Below are positions 42,521-52,910 of a DNA stretch of 63,941 nt, one piece after another. Under the pieces are notes generated by a model. It was not told the DNA's origin and did no database searches. It saw nothing but the letters and a program-made list of their open reading frames with translations. Position 1 is the first letter of the stretch, and each line of letters opens with the position of its first letter. The position numbers and the translations under genes were made by a program. Source of the DNA: Akkermansia muciniphila (GTDB lineage Bacteria; Verrucomicrobiota; Verrucomicrobiia; Methylacidiphilales; CAMAQI01); NCBI GenBank assembly GCA_945883905.1, contig CAMCYL010000005.1, positions 1-63,941 on the forward strand, in the 5' to 3' direction.

Positions 42521-45500
42521 CTACGCCTTTACTTCAGCCGGTGCCGTCTCTTTTACGGCAGCAACAGGCATTGGAGGATGAGGAACGACCTTCCAGAAAA
42601 GGGGCTCGTACTTCGCCCAGCTTGCAAGGATCTCTTTCGCAAAGCTGCTCTCGGTGACTTCAAGATGACGATAGATCAACTCCTTCAACTTAGTAATATC
42701 GGCCGCCTCTTTCAAGCGTTCCACATTGACCATTCCCGGATTGTACCGTTTTTCAAAGGTACCAACCTCATCTAAAACATAGGCCACTCCACCGGACATT
42801 CCTGCGCCAAAGTTTTTGCCCGTCGCTCCTAAAACCACGACGGTTCCATTGGTCATGTATTCACAGCCGTGATCCCCAATCCCTTCAATGACCGTGGTTG
42901 CCCCAGAATTACGAACCGCAAATCGCTCTCCTGCGCATCCCCGCACAAACAGGGATCCCCCCGTTGCGCCATAGAGACAGGTGTTTCCGCAGATCGAATT
43001 ATCTTTCGGATCAAATAACGATTTCGTGGGAGGGATTAAAACGATCTCTCCCCCCGACATACTTTTGCCAACGTAATCGTTCGCCTCTCCTTGAAGCCAC
43101 ATCCGAACTCCTTTCACAAGGAAAGCCCCTAAGCTTTGTCCCGCGGTTCCGGTCAATTTGAGTTCGATGGTGTTATCAGGAAGTCCCTCATCCCCATATT
43201 GATATCCGATTTCACCCGCCAGTTGAGCCCCAATACTCCGATGAATATTTTTTACCTTATAAGCGAAGGTCGATTTTTGTTTGGTCTTCAAGGCGCTCTT
43301 CGCATCTTGAACGATAATATCATCGAGGGATTGATCCTCTAGACGATCGTTCCGCTCCCAAGTATGATAACGTACCACGGTCTCATCGACCGCTGGAGAG
43401 GCGATCAATCGCGAAAGATCGACGGTGTTTGCCTTTGGATGATTCGGAATATGACGTTGTTGGAGGAGATCGACTCGACCGATTAATTCATTGAAGGTCC
43501 GAACTCCCATCGAGGCCATGATTTCACGGACCTCTTGCGCTACTCCGTTAAAGAAATGAATAATGCTCTCGGGGGAGCCTTTAAACTTTCCACGGAGACG
43601 TTCATCTTGCGTTGCGACACCGACGGGACAGTTATTCAAATGACATTGACGAACAAAAACGCACCCCGCCGCAATCAAGGCAACGGTTCCGAAGTTAAAC
43701 TCCTCTGCCCCAAGAATCGCTCCCATGATGACATCCATTCCGGTCTTCATTCCCCCATCGGTTCGCAACGTGACTCGATTCCGCAATCCGTTTAATAAAA
43801 GAACCTGTTGCGCCTCGGCGAGTCCCAACTCCCAAGAGCTTCCAGCAAATTTGACTGAGGAAAGCGGGGAGGCCCCTGTTCCTCCGTTATCTCCCGATAT
43901 TAAAATAATATCGGCATGGGCCTTTGCAACACCGGCGGCGATCGTTCCCACGCCCGCTTCAGAAACCAGTTTCACACAGACCTTCGCCCGTGGATTGACC
44001 TGTTTGAGATCATAAATCAACTGAGCTAAATCCTCGATGCTGTAAATATCGTGATGCGGTGGTGGAGAGATCAAGGTGACTCCTTCAACACTGCGACGAA
44101 GCTTTGCAATAATTCCGGTGACCTTATGCCCTGGAAGCTGTCCTCCCTCTCCAGGCTTCGATCCTTGCGCCATCTTAATTTCGATTTCTGTGGCGCTCGC
44201 CAAATATTCGGCGGTGACTCCAAATCGTCCCGAGGCGACCTGTTTGATCCGACTGTTTTTTGAATCCCCATTGAGCATCGTCGTAAATCGATTGCGATCC
44301 TCTCCTCCCTCTCCGGAGTTCGATTTTCCACCAATCCGATTCATCGCGATTGCTAAGGCCTCATGGGCCTCAGGCGAAAGCGCACCGAGGGACATCCCTG
44401 CCGAGGTAAAGCGTCGTCGAATCTCTTCGATCGGCTCCACTTCATCGATCGATATGGCGGTGGTTTTCTTAAGTTCGAGACAATTTCGAATCGCCAAAGG
44501 CTGACTGTCCGTCACGGCCTTCACATACTTTTGATACTCTTCAATCTTTCCCGCCTTATCCATTCCCTTAATACCGACATAGGTATGAAGGTTTTGTATC
44601 ACCGGTGGAGTCAAGGCATGCATCTCTCCCTCACGACGGAAGCGATAGTAACCGATATCTAAAAGTTTCGCCTCTGCTCCGAAGGCATCGTGATGAAAAC
44701 GTAACGTCTCCTCGGCGATCTCTTTTAATTTAAGACCGCCAATACGACTGGAGGTCCCCGTGAAATATTTCGTCACAACCTCAGGATGAATTCCAATCGA
44801 CTCGAAAATCTGCGCTCCATTATAACTGGCTAAGGTGGAGATTCCCATCTTCGACATGATTTTAAGAAGCCCTTTTTCGATCGCTCCTCGATACATCTTC
44901 ACGATGCTCACGGAGTCGGCAGTCTTAAGGTCCCCCTTCGCTAAAAGATCGAGGTAAGTTTGAAAAGCGAGATAAGGATTCACTGCCGTCACGCCGTAGC
45001 CAAAGAGACAGGCGAATTGATGCACATCGCGACATTCTCCGGTTTCAGCGATGATACTCGTCTTCGAACGTTTATCGATTCGAATCAAATGATGGTGGAC
45101 GGCTCCGACGGCTAAGAGCATCGGGATCGAGGCCTTATGAATCGAAACCCCGCGATCGCTGAGGATGACGATAGAACGGCCTGCATCAACCGCTTTTTCG
45201 GCCTCTGTACAGATCCGAGTTAAAGCTTTTTCTAAAGCCTCGGTTCCCTCTTTTAATTCAAAAAGAGTGGAGATTGTTGCTGAAGGAAAGTCCTTCATTT
45301 CTTTCAAGGAAATCAATTCTGCAGTCGTAAGAAGAGGACTCTTGAATCGAACCAACTTTGCGTGTTCAGGCGTTTCGGCGAGCCAGTTTCGACGTGGCCC
45401 ACAAAGAAGCTCTACAGACATCACTAATTTCTCTCGAATGGGATCGATCGGCGGATTGGTCACTTGCGCAAAAAGCTGTTTAAAATAGTGATATAACGGA

Positions 45501-47053
45501 CGTGGCTTTGAGGAAAGAATCGCCAACGGCGCATCATCCCCCATCGATCCGATCGCCTCTTCTCCAGTCTCCACCATCGGCTTCAAGATCAATTTGATCT
45601 CCTCCTCGGAGTACCCAAAAGCCAGCTGTTGTTGTAAAAGAGTTGAATCGCTAAAGGTCTCTGCGGTGAGCGCTGTTCCAGGGGTCATCACCGTTAAATT
45701 CTTTTTGACCCACTCTGCATAGGGCTGACGAACCGCATATTGAGATTTAATCTCTTCATTGCGCAGCAATTTCTTATTCACGGTATCAATCGCCAAAATT
45801 TCTCCGGGTCCAAGGCGGCCTTTTTCAATGACTTTTTTGTCATCGATCTCACCGACGCCGACCTCAGAACTCAAAAGAACCAATCCATCACTCGTAATTT
45901 TATAGCGAGCGGGACGAAGTCCATTTCGATCTAAACAGGCCGCCACGGTAGCTCCATCACTCATCACCAATGCGGCCGGACCATCCCAAGGCTCATTCAA
46001 ACAGGCATGATAGTCGTAAAATCCACGCACTTCGGGAGAGAGGGTTGCATCGGTCTCGTAAGCGGCGGGAGCGATCATCATCATTCCGTGCAATAAATCG
46101 CGGCCTCCCATGATCAATAGTTCGAGTGCATTATCGCAACTTGCAGAATCGCTTCCCCCCGGTTGAATCACCGGACGTAAATTCTTAATTTTATCGCCGA
46201 AAAATTTATTTTGGAGTTCTGGTTCGCGGGCCTTTGTCCAAGTCCGATTCCCCTGCACGGTATTGATCTCCCCATTATGCCCCATCATTCGAAACGGCTG
46301 GGCGAGGGGCCAGGTTGGAAAGGTATTTGTGCTATAGCGTTGATGGAAGACCGCTAAAGTTGTTTTATAAAGTGGATTACGAAGATCACTGTAAAATTTA
46401 TCCAATTGTAAGGAGGTTAAAAGTCCTTTGTAAACAATCGTTCGGCTGGAAAATGAGGGTATATAAAAATGCTTCACCCCTGCGGCACTGACTTGATCCT
46501 CAATCTCATTTCGACATAAGAAAAGTGTTTTTTCATAATCAAGATCTGAAAGCGTTGAATCGGGAGAGCGGCAAATCAAAGCCTGTTCAAAATCAGGACA
46601 GGTCTCCAACGCCTTGTCCCCAAGGACATTCATCTTTACGGGCACTTTGCGGAATCCAAAAAGAATCAATCCCCGTCGTTCAAGAACCTCCTTGATGACC
46701 TTATGACAAATCCCGATCTCATATTCCTGTTTACGGGGAAGAAAAAGAACTCCGACCGCCAAATCGTTATTGCGGAAAAGCTTATGCCCCATCTTTTCTA
46801 CTTCTGGACGGAATAAATCGTACGGAATCTGAGTCAATACCCCCGTGCCATCCCCGGTCTTCGCATCGGCATCCATCGCTCCGCGATGTTGCAAGCGACA
46901 GACGCAGGAAATCGCTCTTTTTAAGATCTCATGAGAGCATTCCCCATGGATACTTGCTACGAAACCCACGCCGCAAGCATCGTGTTCAAAAGAGGGATCG
47001 TAAAGTCCGTTGAATTTTCCAACGCGATCGAGGATAGACTGGTTCAGATTCAT
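42521..47053 (-). CDS. gltB: Glutamate synthase large subunit
   Basis: N-terminal Ntn amidotransferase motif EHDACGVGFVA, the central and FMN domains (GGTGASP, ISGDNGGTGA), and a C-terminal GXGXG beta-helix domain. About 1510 aa. The start is taken at MNLNQSIL. No gltD lies adjacent. Confidence 0.95.
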   Translation of the reverse strand: MNLNQSILDRVGKFNGLYDPSFEHDACGVGFVASIHGECSHEILKRAISCVCRLQHRGAMDADAKTGDGTGVLTQIPYDLFRPEVEKMGHKLFRNNDLAVGVLFLPRKQEYEIGICHKVIKEVLERRGLILFGFRKVPVKMNVLGDKALETCPDFEQALICRSPDSTLSDLDYEKTLFLCRNEIEDQVSAAGVKHFYIPSFSSRTIVYKGLLTSLQLDKFYSDLRNPLYKTTLAVFHQRYSTNTFPTWPLAQPFRMMGHNGEINTVQGNRTWTKAREPELQNKFFGDKIKNLRPVIQPGGSDSASCDNALELLIMGGRDLLHGMMMIAPAAYETDATLSPEVRGFYDYHACLNEPWDGPAALVMSDGATVAACLDRNGLRPARYKITSDGLVLLSSEVGVGEIDDKKVIEKGRLGPGEILAIDTVNKKLLRNEEIKSQYAVRQPYAEWVKKNLTVMTPGTALTAETFSDSTLLQQQLAFGYSEEEIKLILKPMVETGEEAIGSMGDDAPLAILSSKPRPLYHYFKQLFAQVTNPPIDPIREKLVMSVELLCGPRRNWLAETPEHAKLVRFKSPLLTTAELISLKEMKDFPSATISTLFELKEGTEALEKALTRICTEAEKAVDAGRSIVILSDRGVSIHKASIPMLLAVGAVHHHLIRIDKRSKTSIIAETGECRDVHQFACLFGYGVTAVNPYLAFQTYLDLLAKGDLKTADSVSIVKMYRGAIEKGLLKIMSKMGISTLASYNGAQIFESIGIHPEVVTKYFTGTSSRIGGLKLKEIAEETLRFHHDAFGAEAKLLDIGYYRFRREGEMHALTPPVIQNLHTYVGIKGMDKAGKIEEYQKYVKAVTDSQPLAIRNCLELKKTTAISIDEVEPIEEIRRRFTSAGMSLGALSPEAHEALAIAMNRIGGKSNSGEGGEDRNRFTTMLNGDSKNSRIKQVASGRFGVTAEYLASATEIEIKMAQGSKPGEGGQLPGHKVTGIIAKLRRSVEGVTLISPPPHHDIYSIEDLAQLIYDLKQVNPRAKVCVKLVSEAGVGTIAAGVAKAHADIILISGDNGGTGASPLSSVKFAGSSWELGLAEAQQVLLLNGLRNRVTLRTDGGMKTGMDVIMGAILGAEEFNFGTVALIAAGCVFVRQCHLNNCPVGVATQDERLRGKFKGSPESIIHFFNGVAQEVREIMASMGVRTFNELIGRVDLLQQRHIPNHPKANTVDLSRLIASPAVDETVVRYHTWERNDRLEDQSLDDIIVQDAKSALKTKQKSTFAYKVKNIHRSIGAQLAGEIGYQYGDEGLPDNTIELKLTGTAGQSLGAFLVKGVRMWLQGEANDYVGKSMSGGEIVLIPPTKSLFDPKDNSICGNTCLYGATGGSLFVRGCAGERFAVRNSGATTVIEGIGDHGCEYMTNGTVVVLGATGKNFGAGMSGGVAYVLDEVGTFEKRYNPGMVNVERLKEAADITKLKELIYRHLEVTESSFAKEILASWAKYEPLFWKVVPHPPMPVAAVKETAPAEVKA

Positions 47054-47195
47054 AGCAGGACAAACGCTACGGTTTTTGCTATCGGTGGCAAGTGTTTTAG
47101 CGAGGAGAAAAGTAATTTTTTTAGTTCCGGTTCTAATGAAATACAATAGGCTCTACGAAAGGCTAAAAAACAGGATCTGGGGTACTTTTCTCCAG

Positions 47196-47280
47196 TTGAC
47201 TTTTAAAGTGTTAATGTGAATATATTTTATGCGCACAACAATTGATCTAACGCATCTGTTATTTAAGTAGATTAAAGCGC
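47196..47280 (+). repeat. Degenerate duplicate of the vapB promoter and first ~17 codons (compare 48318-48405)
   Basis: TTGACTTTTAAAGTGTTAATGTGAATATATTTTATGCGCACAACAATTGATCT... compares with TTGACTTTTAAAATTTTGATGCGAATATGCTTTTATGCGCACAACGATTGATCT.... The remnant reads MRTTIDLTHLLFK followed by a stop. Confidence 0.75.
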
Positions 47281-47286
47281 TTACTC

Positions 47287-48282
47287 ATGACGTCTCGTTT
47301 AATTGAAGTAAAATCGGGAGAAATCTTATTCCGTGAAGGGGATCCCTCCAAAAAAATTTATATTGTTAAAGAGGGACTTCTCATGGTTTTTCGCCGCCAC
47401 GAGGATCTTGATATTCCACTGGAGATTTTAAAAGTCGGGGATCTGATTGGAAGCGTCTCTCTTTTTACGTCAGAGCCCCGTTCTGCTAGTGTAAGAGCAC
47501 TTTCGCCTTCGATTTTAGAAAGTTACGAAGAGATCGATCCTCAGGTATTTTTAAGCGGGGTTCCTCCTTGGGTCTTGGCCGTTTTTAAAGATGTGGCGAC
47601 CCGCTTAAAGCGAATGGACCAATTACTTGTCGATACCCGAAAAAGCGAAAAATCCTTAAAACGTCAGCAATCGAATCGTTACACCTACGCCGCAGTGCTC
47701 TGTCGTCTTTTAAAAGCCCTCGTCGAAGCGCGTGCCGGCGGAGAGATTCTCCAAGTCAATTTTTCGATCGAAGATTTTGCGCATAAGGCCTCCTCAATTC
47801 TTCTGATTAAAGAGGAGCTCTTGAAAGAGATATTTCAAGTCCTACTCCAGAGTGCTTATTTAAAAAGTGAATATAATTCGAAAAATGAGTTATCGCTCCA
47901 ATCCCCCCGAATTGATCACATTGAACATCTCGCCTTTTTCCTCGAGCAAAAAAGCCAGCAAAAACAGACGGGTCAGTGGATCCCTAGCGAATATCATTTC
48001 TACAAAGCACTTCGATCTGTCGCTGGAAAGACAGAAGAAGTTTTAAAAGAGATGAAAGTTTGGATCCACGAAATGACGGATAAACTTGATCAAAAAATTC
48101 CGCCCGAATTTATTCAAAGGGCCCAAGCCGCTGGGATTATCATTTCTGAAAAAACTAACGATATTGAAAAAGTCTGGATTAACCGAGAAGCCCTTGACGT
48201 ACGACTCGATTGCGAAAAAATAGCTTTAGAGCTATCCAAACTTTATTTTGCCGCTGAAGAAGAGTCAGACTCCGTTGCCTGA
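47287..48282 (+). CDS. Cyclic-nucleotide-binding-domain protein with an uncharacterised ~210-aa C-terminal region
   Basis: The N-terminal SGEILFREGDPSKKIYIVKEGLLMVF...GDLIGSVSLFTSEPRSASVRAL is a cNMP-binding (Crp-like) beta-barrel. The C-terminus has no obvious HTH that I recognise. Confidence 0.7.
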   Translation: MTSRLIEVKSGEILFREGDPSKKIYIVKEGLLMVFRRHEDLDIPLEILKVGDLIGSVSLFTSEPRSASVRALSPSILESYEEIDPQVFLSGVPPWVLAVFKDVATRLKRMDQLLVDTRKSEKSLKRQQSNRYTYAAVLCRLLKALVEARAGGEILQVNFSIEDFAHKASSILLIKEELLKEIFQVLLQSAYLKSEYNSKNELSLQSPRIDHIEHLAFFLEQKSQQKQTGQWIPSEYHFYKALRSVAGKTEEVLKEMKVWIHEMTDKLDQKIPPEFIQRAQAAGIIISEKTNDIEKVWINREALDVRLDCEKIALELSKLYFAAEEESDSVA

Positions 48283-48351
48283 GAATCGTTTGACGCAGAA
48301 CTTTCCTTAGAAGTATTTTGACTTTTAAAATTTTGATGCGAATATGCTTTT

Positions 48352-48609
48352 ATGCGCACAACGATTGATCTTCCGAATCCCCTTTTCAAACAAATCAAGG
48401 CCCGAGCGGCCCTTCAAGGAAGATCTCTTAAAGATTTGATGACAGAGATTTTACAAGCAGAACTCTCTAATCCGTTGGAAAATCGGAAATTAAAGACTAA
48501 AAAAACAATTGAAATTCCGATCATCCGAGGAGAATGTGGTCCCTTAATGGCTTTTCTCACAAACTCAAAAATAGAGTCTTTAGAGGATGACGATCATGTT
48601 CGATCATAA
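48352..48609 (+). CDS. vapB: VapB-type antitoxin (MRTT family)
   Basis: MRTTIDLPNPLFKQIKARAALQGRSLKDLMTEIL. Overlaps the downstream PIN gene. Confidence 0.8.
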   Translation: MRTTIDLPNPLFKQIKARAALQGRSLKDLMTEILQAELSNPLENRKLKTKKTIEIPIIRGECGPLMAFLTNSKIESLEDDDHVRS

Positions 48610-49045
48610 AGGATATCTCTTAGATGCAAACGCTTGGCTTGCCTTAGTCGTTGAAAAACATGTGCATCATCAGGCGATCTATTCATTTTGGAAAAATATT
48701 CCTTCTGAAACTCCCTGTTTTTTTTGTCGTGTCACGCAAATGAGTTTTCTTCGGCTTCTATGCAATAAACAAGTCATGGGTGAATCTCGTCTCACGATGA
48801 CGCGAGCATGGAATCTTTACGACGAACTTTTAAAATCGGAATCGACAAGCTTTATGGAAGAGTTTGACTCTCTTCTTCATGAAAGTGAATGGCGAAAACT
48901 CACACAAACAAAAGGAGCCTCAGGAAGCACTTGGACGGATGCGTATCTGGCTACCTTTGCTTTTATCGGTAATCTTTCAATTCTGACTTTTGATCAAGGG
49001 TTTCGGAATTATCCCTCAATCCAAACAACCATCCTTAAAGCTTAA
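48587..49045 (+). CDS. vapC: PIN-domain toxin (VapC family)
   Basis: YLLDANAWLALV, TDAYLATFAFIGNLSILTFDQGF. An alternative start lies at 48596. Confidence 0.8.
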   Translation: MTIMFDHKGYLLDANAWLALVVEKHVHHQAIYSFWKNIPSETPCFFCRVTQMSFLRLLCNKQVMGESRLTMTRAWNLYDELLKSESTSFMEEFDSLLHESEWRKLTQTKGASGSTWTDAYLATFAFIGNLSILTFDQGFRNYPSIQTTILKA

Positions 49046-50222
49046 CTGCCGAGCCCGCCGCAAAACCAGAGGCCCAGGCCCATTGAAAATTATAGCCTCC
49101 GAGATGGCCCGTCACATCCAAGGCCTCTCCAATAAAATAAAGACTCTCAACCGTTCTGCTCTCCATGGTCTTTGAGGAGATCGCCCCCGTATCAATCCCT
49201 CCCACGGTCACCTCCGCTTTCGGATACCCTTCGGTTCCATTCGGAGATATCTTCCAATGATTTAACTCCATTCCAATCTCTCGAAGTCTTCGAATGCCAA
49301 TCTGTCCCAGGGGGGCGATAATTTTCAATCGTTCGACCCATGCCTTCGCCAAACGTGCCGGCAACTTGCTTGCTAATACCGTCGCTAACTGCGTCCGATC
49401 TTGATGTCTCTCTGCTAACCATTCCGCCGCATTTAATCCCGGTAAAAGATCAATTTCAATGGACTCTCCGATTTTTATGAATGAGGAGATCTGTAACGCC
49501 GCAGGACCACTCAATCCCCGATGAGTAAAAAGCAGATCATCGAGAAAAAAATTTGCTCCCGATGAAATTTTCACGGGCAATGAGAGCCCTGAAAGGTCGC
49601 ACATCATTCGTAACTCCGGATCAGAAAAAGTCAGCGGTACTAATCCCGGAACGGTCTTCGTGATTGGAATTCCGAACTGTCGTGCAATACGATAGGCAAA
49701 ATCGGTCGACCCCAATTTCGGAAAGGAGAGGGCTCCCGTCGCAATTACGAGCGATTTCGCACGATAAAGTCCTCGTGCGGTTTGAATCTCAAAGCCTCCC
49801 TCACTTTTGTGAACATTCTCAATAGGGATTCCACAATCAATTTTCACCTTCGAGGAAGCGCACTCGGCTAAAAGCAAATCGACGATCTGCTTTGAACTTT
49901 CATCACAAAATTGTTGGCCGAGTTTTTTTTCATGAAATGCGATCCCATGCTTATTAACGAGAGCAATAAAATCAGCGGGCTTATAACGGGCAAGAGCCGA
50001 TTTACAGAAGTTCGGATTTCCAGAAAGATAATTCTTGGGTCCGGCTCCAAGATTTGTGAAATTACACCTTCCTCCTCCGGAGATTAAAATTTTCATCCCC
50101 ACACGGTCATTGCGTTCGAGCACCGTCACTGAGAGGCCTCGTGCTCCGGCCACCGAGGCACAGAAAAGTCCTGCCGCTCCTCCGCCGATGACGAGGAGAT
50201 CCGATTCATGACTCACAGACAT
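49035..50222 (-). CDS. HI0933/YhiN-family NAD(FAD)-utilising flavoprotein (BaiN-like)
   Basis: DLLVIGGGAAGLFCA dinucleotide fold, GGGRCNFTN, GEALDVTGHLGGYNFQWAWASG. Confidence 0.85.
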   Translation of the reverse strand: MSVSHESDLLVIGGGAAGLFCASVAGARGLSVTVLERNDRVGMKILISGGGRCNFTNLGAGPKNYLSGNPNFCKSALARYKPADFIALVNKHGIAFHEKKLGQQFCDESSKQIVDLLLAECASSKVKIDCGIPIENVHKSEGGFEIQTARGLYRAKSLVIATGALSFPKLGSTDFAYRIARQFGIPITKTVPGLVPLTFSDPELRMMCDLSGLSLPVKISSGANFFLDDLLFTHRGLSGPAALQISSFIKIGESIEIDLLPGLNAAEWLAERHQDRTQLATVLASKLPARLAKAWVERLKIIAPLGQIGIRRLREIGMELNHWKISPNGTEGYPKAEVTVGGIDTGAISSKTMESRTVESLYFIGEALDVTGHLGGYNFQWAWASGFAAGSAVKL

Positions 50223-50287
50223 CTTTTTGCGTTAGCGGAATCTAAAAAATTTCAAACCTAAAAACCGATGTAAGTTTAAACAAGGAA

Positions 50288-51271
50288 TTAGTTGTTTCGA
50301 CAAATCGCTCGTGCCATTTCAAAATAAAGAGGAATGCCGATGATAATATTGAACGGAAAAGTGAGTCCGAGCGAAGTGGTGAGATAAAAACTTGGATTGG
50401 CCTTGGGGATGACGAGTTGAATGGCCGCAGGGGCAGCGATATAAGAGGCACTCGCACATAAGATTCCGAGGAGAGTGGTTCCCCCTAAAGAGAGATTGAT
50501 CATTGCCCCAGTAAAGATTCCAATGAATCCATTGAGAAGAGGCATGAGAGTGGCAAATAGAACAAGTCTCCATCCTGCTTGTCGAACGGTTCGGAGGTGT
50601 TCCCCTGTCATTACTCCGAGTTGAAGTAGAAAGAGGCAGAGCATTCCGTGAAATGGGGTGTCAAAAAGAGGACCAACTTTTTCCCATCCCTTTTTTTGAC
50701 AGATGACGCCGATGATCATTCCTCCGATTAAGAGGAGATTTGCTTTGCTCGTAAGGATTTCGTGCCAGATGGAGGGCTTAGTTCCTTCCTCGAGGTGCGA
50801 GTCTGGATCGTTTTGACGATAAAGATAAATAGCGACTAAGATACCAGGAATCTCCATTAAAGAGAGTAGGCCTGTCATAAATCCCTCGTAGTGAATTCCT
50901 TTGTAATCCAAAAAAGTTTGTCCCGTGATAAAAGTCAAGGCGGAGACAGAGCCGTAATGGGCGCAGATTGCGGCTGAATTGATGACACTCATCCGGACGG
51001 CTTTTCTGAGAATGAGGTAACTCCATGCGGCGATCAAGGTGCTGAGAATCAAGCCTGCAATGACCGGAATAATCATCTCTTCGAAGGCAAATCCGGAGAT
51101 CTTTGCCCCGCCCTTAAGGCCAATTGCGAAAAGAAGATAAAGAGTCAGCCCTTGATAGATTTGATCTGGAAGTTTGAGGTCGCTTTTGAGAAGCGCCGCG
51201 ATGACTCCGAGAATAAAAGTGAGAATGACGGGAGTGACTAAGCTCGTTTGAACAAGATCCAAAAATTCCAT
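50288..51271 (-). CDS. Sodium-dependent bicarbonate transporter-like permease (SbtA/DUF897 family)
   Basis: About 10 TM segments. N-terminus MEFLDLVQTSLVTPVILTFILGVIAALLKSDLKLPDQIYQGLTLYLLFAIGLKGG is typical of the family. No SbtB-like PII gene lies adjacent. Confidence 0.6.
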   Translation of the reverse strand: MEFLDLVQTSLVTPVILTFILGVIAALLKSDLKLPDQIYQGLTLYLLFAIGLKGGAKISGFAFEEMIIPVIAGLILSTLIAAWSYLILRKAVRMSVINSAAICAHYGSVSALTFITGQTFLDYKGIHYEGFMTGLLSLMEIPGILVAIYLYRQNDPDSHLEEGTKPSIWHEILTSKANLLLIGGMIIGVICQKKGWEKVGPLFDTPFHGMLCLFLLQLGVMTGEHLRTVRQAGWRLVLFATLMPLLNGFIGIFTGAMINLSLGGTTLLGILCASASYIAAPAAIQLVIPKANPSFYLTTSLGLTFPFNIIIGIPLYFEMARAICRNN

Positions 51272-51445
51272 AATTCTCTTTAGCAGCCGGCTATAAAAAG
51301 TAAATGGGTACTTGCTCACATTACCGTCTAAAATAAAATTTAATTTCAGAGGTTAAATTCTTATTTCCTGCTTTTTTGCTTTCTTAAGAGACCTCTTGAA
51401 TAGGGTAATTCATGAGGCAAAAAAGGATCGATCCTTGACGGACTC

Positions 51446-51997
51446 ATGGCGGCTCCTTTAGATAGAGTCATGGAACGTCGATTGCATATTGGAGGAACAC
51501 AGGCGGCGGTTGGTTGGGAGGTTTTCAATATCGAACCGGCGGTCTATGTGGATCATGTGGGGGATGCGGGGGATCTGAGTCGTTTTTCAGATCAGACCTT
51601 TTCGATGCTTTACGCTTCCCATGTATTGGAACATTTTGATTATTTGGGAAAAGTGGAGGTGACATTGATGGAGTGGAGGCGGGTGTTAATTCCTGGAGGA
51701 GTCCTGTGTGTGAGCGTTCCGGATTTAGAGATTTTGGCCTCTCTTTTACTGCTTAAGGAGCGTTTTGATGTGAATGATCGGTATCTTTTAATGAGAATGA
51801 TTTATGGAGGTCACAACACACCTCATGATTTTCATTATGCCGGCTTTACCGAGGATTTATTGCAGGTTTATCTCATGAAAAGTGGATTTCAAAAAATAGA
51901 GAGAGTGCCTGAGTTCGGTTTTTTTAAGGATACGAGTCAACTTCTCTTTAAGGAATTGCCGATTAGTTTGAACATTCGGGCCGTTCGGCCAGAGTAA
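51446..51997 (+). CDS. Class I SAM-dependent methyltransferase-like protein
   Basis: FDYLGKVEVTLMEWRRVLIPGGVLCVSVPD resembles the post-II/III region of Methyltransf_11-type enzymes. The N-terminal G-rich motif is weak. Confidence 0.5.
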   Translation: MAAPLDRVMERRLHIGGTQAAVGWEVFNIEPAVYVDHVGDAGDLSRFSDQTFSMLYASHVLEHFDYLGKVEVTLMEWRRVLIPGGVLCVSVPDLEILASLLLLKERFDVNDRYLLMRMIYGGHNTPHDFHYAGFTEDLLQVYLMKSGFQKIERVPEFGFFKDTSQLLFKELPISLNIRAVRPE

Positions 51998-52005
51998 ATT
52001 TTGAA

Positions 52006-52884
52006 TTATTCGAGCTCTTTTAATCCCATTTTTTCAAAGCGAAGTTGCATTTTTTTTGAGAAATCGAGCTCTTCTGGCATCGGTTCGACAAACATATCTT
52101 GGATTAATTTTCGGAGTTCTTGTTCATCGAGAGAACGACCGGCATCCTCCGCTCTCAAGAGGAGGCCGAGGTGGAAATATTTCCATCGAAGCGTGGAGAT
52201 AATATCCGGACCGTTGGCTAAAAAAAGATTATGTCGATGGAGTTGAGATTCTCCCCAGCTTTTGGAGTGCCGTTCATGAAGGCAAAGCCCTAATTGATCT
52301 AAGACCAAATAGCCCTTGGCATAAGTCAGAAAGAGCGCTGTAAAAATATTATCCCAATAGGCCTCACCTAAAATATAGGAATGGAAATGGTGACGAATTT
52401 TCTCCCATGTTTTGACCCGACAGAGATAGAGATCTTGACCGCGATGAAAGAGTTTTGGATTTTGATTGAGAGTACCCTCCGAATCTCGATCGAGATCGGT
52501 TCGAGCAAAAATAAAAATCTCCTCTTCTCCTTGAAGAAGTTTTTTGACTCTCGATTTCCATTCATTCGTCAGGATAATATCAGCATTGGCGACCGCAAAC
52601 CATTCGCACCCATGAATTTCAGCAACGGCAGAGGCTTGGTCAAAGAGATCTCGAACGAGCGGAAGCTTTTTCGGAACGGTCCCTGGTGAGGTAACCCATT
52701 GTAGAGCGGAAGAGGTGATCCAGCCTTCGCGCTCGATCACTTCATCGGAAAGACAGGCATTGATCGGAAGAAGAAAATTCTCACGGATCGAATCGATTGA
52801 TTGGGCGGCAATCTCCTGCCTTCGGAGTTTTTCAGGATCCGTATAGGGAACAAGATTAACGCAAAACGGCAATAAGAGGTTCAT
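52006..52884 (-). CDS. Hypothetical protein, possibly a GT-A-fold glycosyltransferase-like protein
   Basis: The N-terminal beta-strand-like LLPFCVNLVPYTD and WFAVANADIILTNEW are reminiscent of GT-A enzymes. There is no firm family match by eye. Confidence 0.3.
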   Translation of the reverse strand: MNLLLPFCVNLVPYTDPEKLRRQEIAAQSIDSIRENFLLPINACLSDEVIEREGWITSSALQWVTSPGTVPKKLPLVRDLFDQASAVAEIHGCEWFAVANADIILTNEWKSRVKKLLQGEEEIFIFARTDLDRDSEGTLNQNPKLFHRGQDLYLCRVKTWEKIRHHFHSYILGEAYWDNIFTALFLTYAKGYLVLDQLGLCLHERHSKSWGESQLHRHNLFLANGPDIISTLRWKYFHLGLLLRAEDAGRSLDEQELRKLIQDMFVEPMPEELDFSKKMQLRFEKMGLKELE

Positions 52885-52910
52885 AGAGTTTTTTTACTTC
52901 TGAGGCGATT

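Noticed and set aside
42578-47149. Numerous 60-140-aa ORFs on the + strand opposite gltB (e.g. 44076-44504 and 45165-45488)
   Set aside because: They are antisense to a continuous ~1510-aa glutamate synthase ORF. None shows recognisable motifs.
47287-48282. Calling the cNMP-binding protein a Pycsar or CBASS effector
   Set aside because: No nucleotide cyclase or CD-NTase gene lies nearby. There is no TM, TIR or other recognisable effector domain in the C-terminal region.
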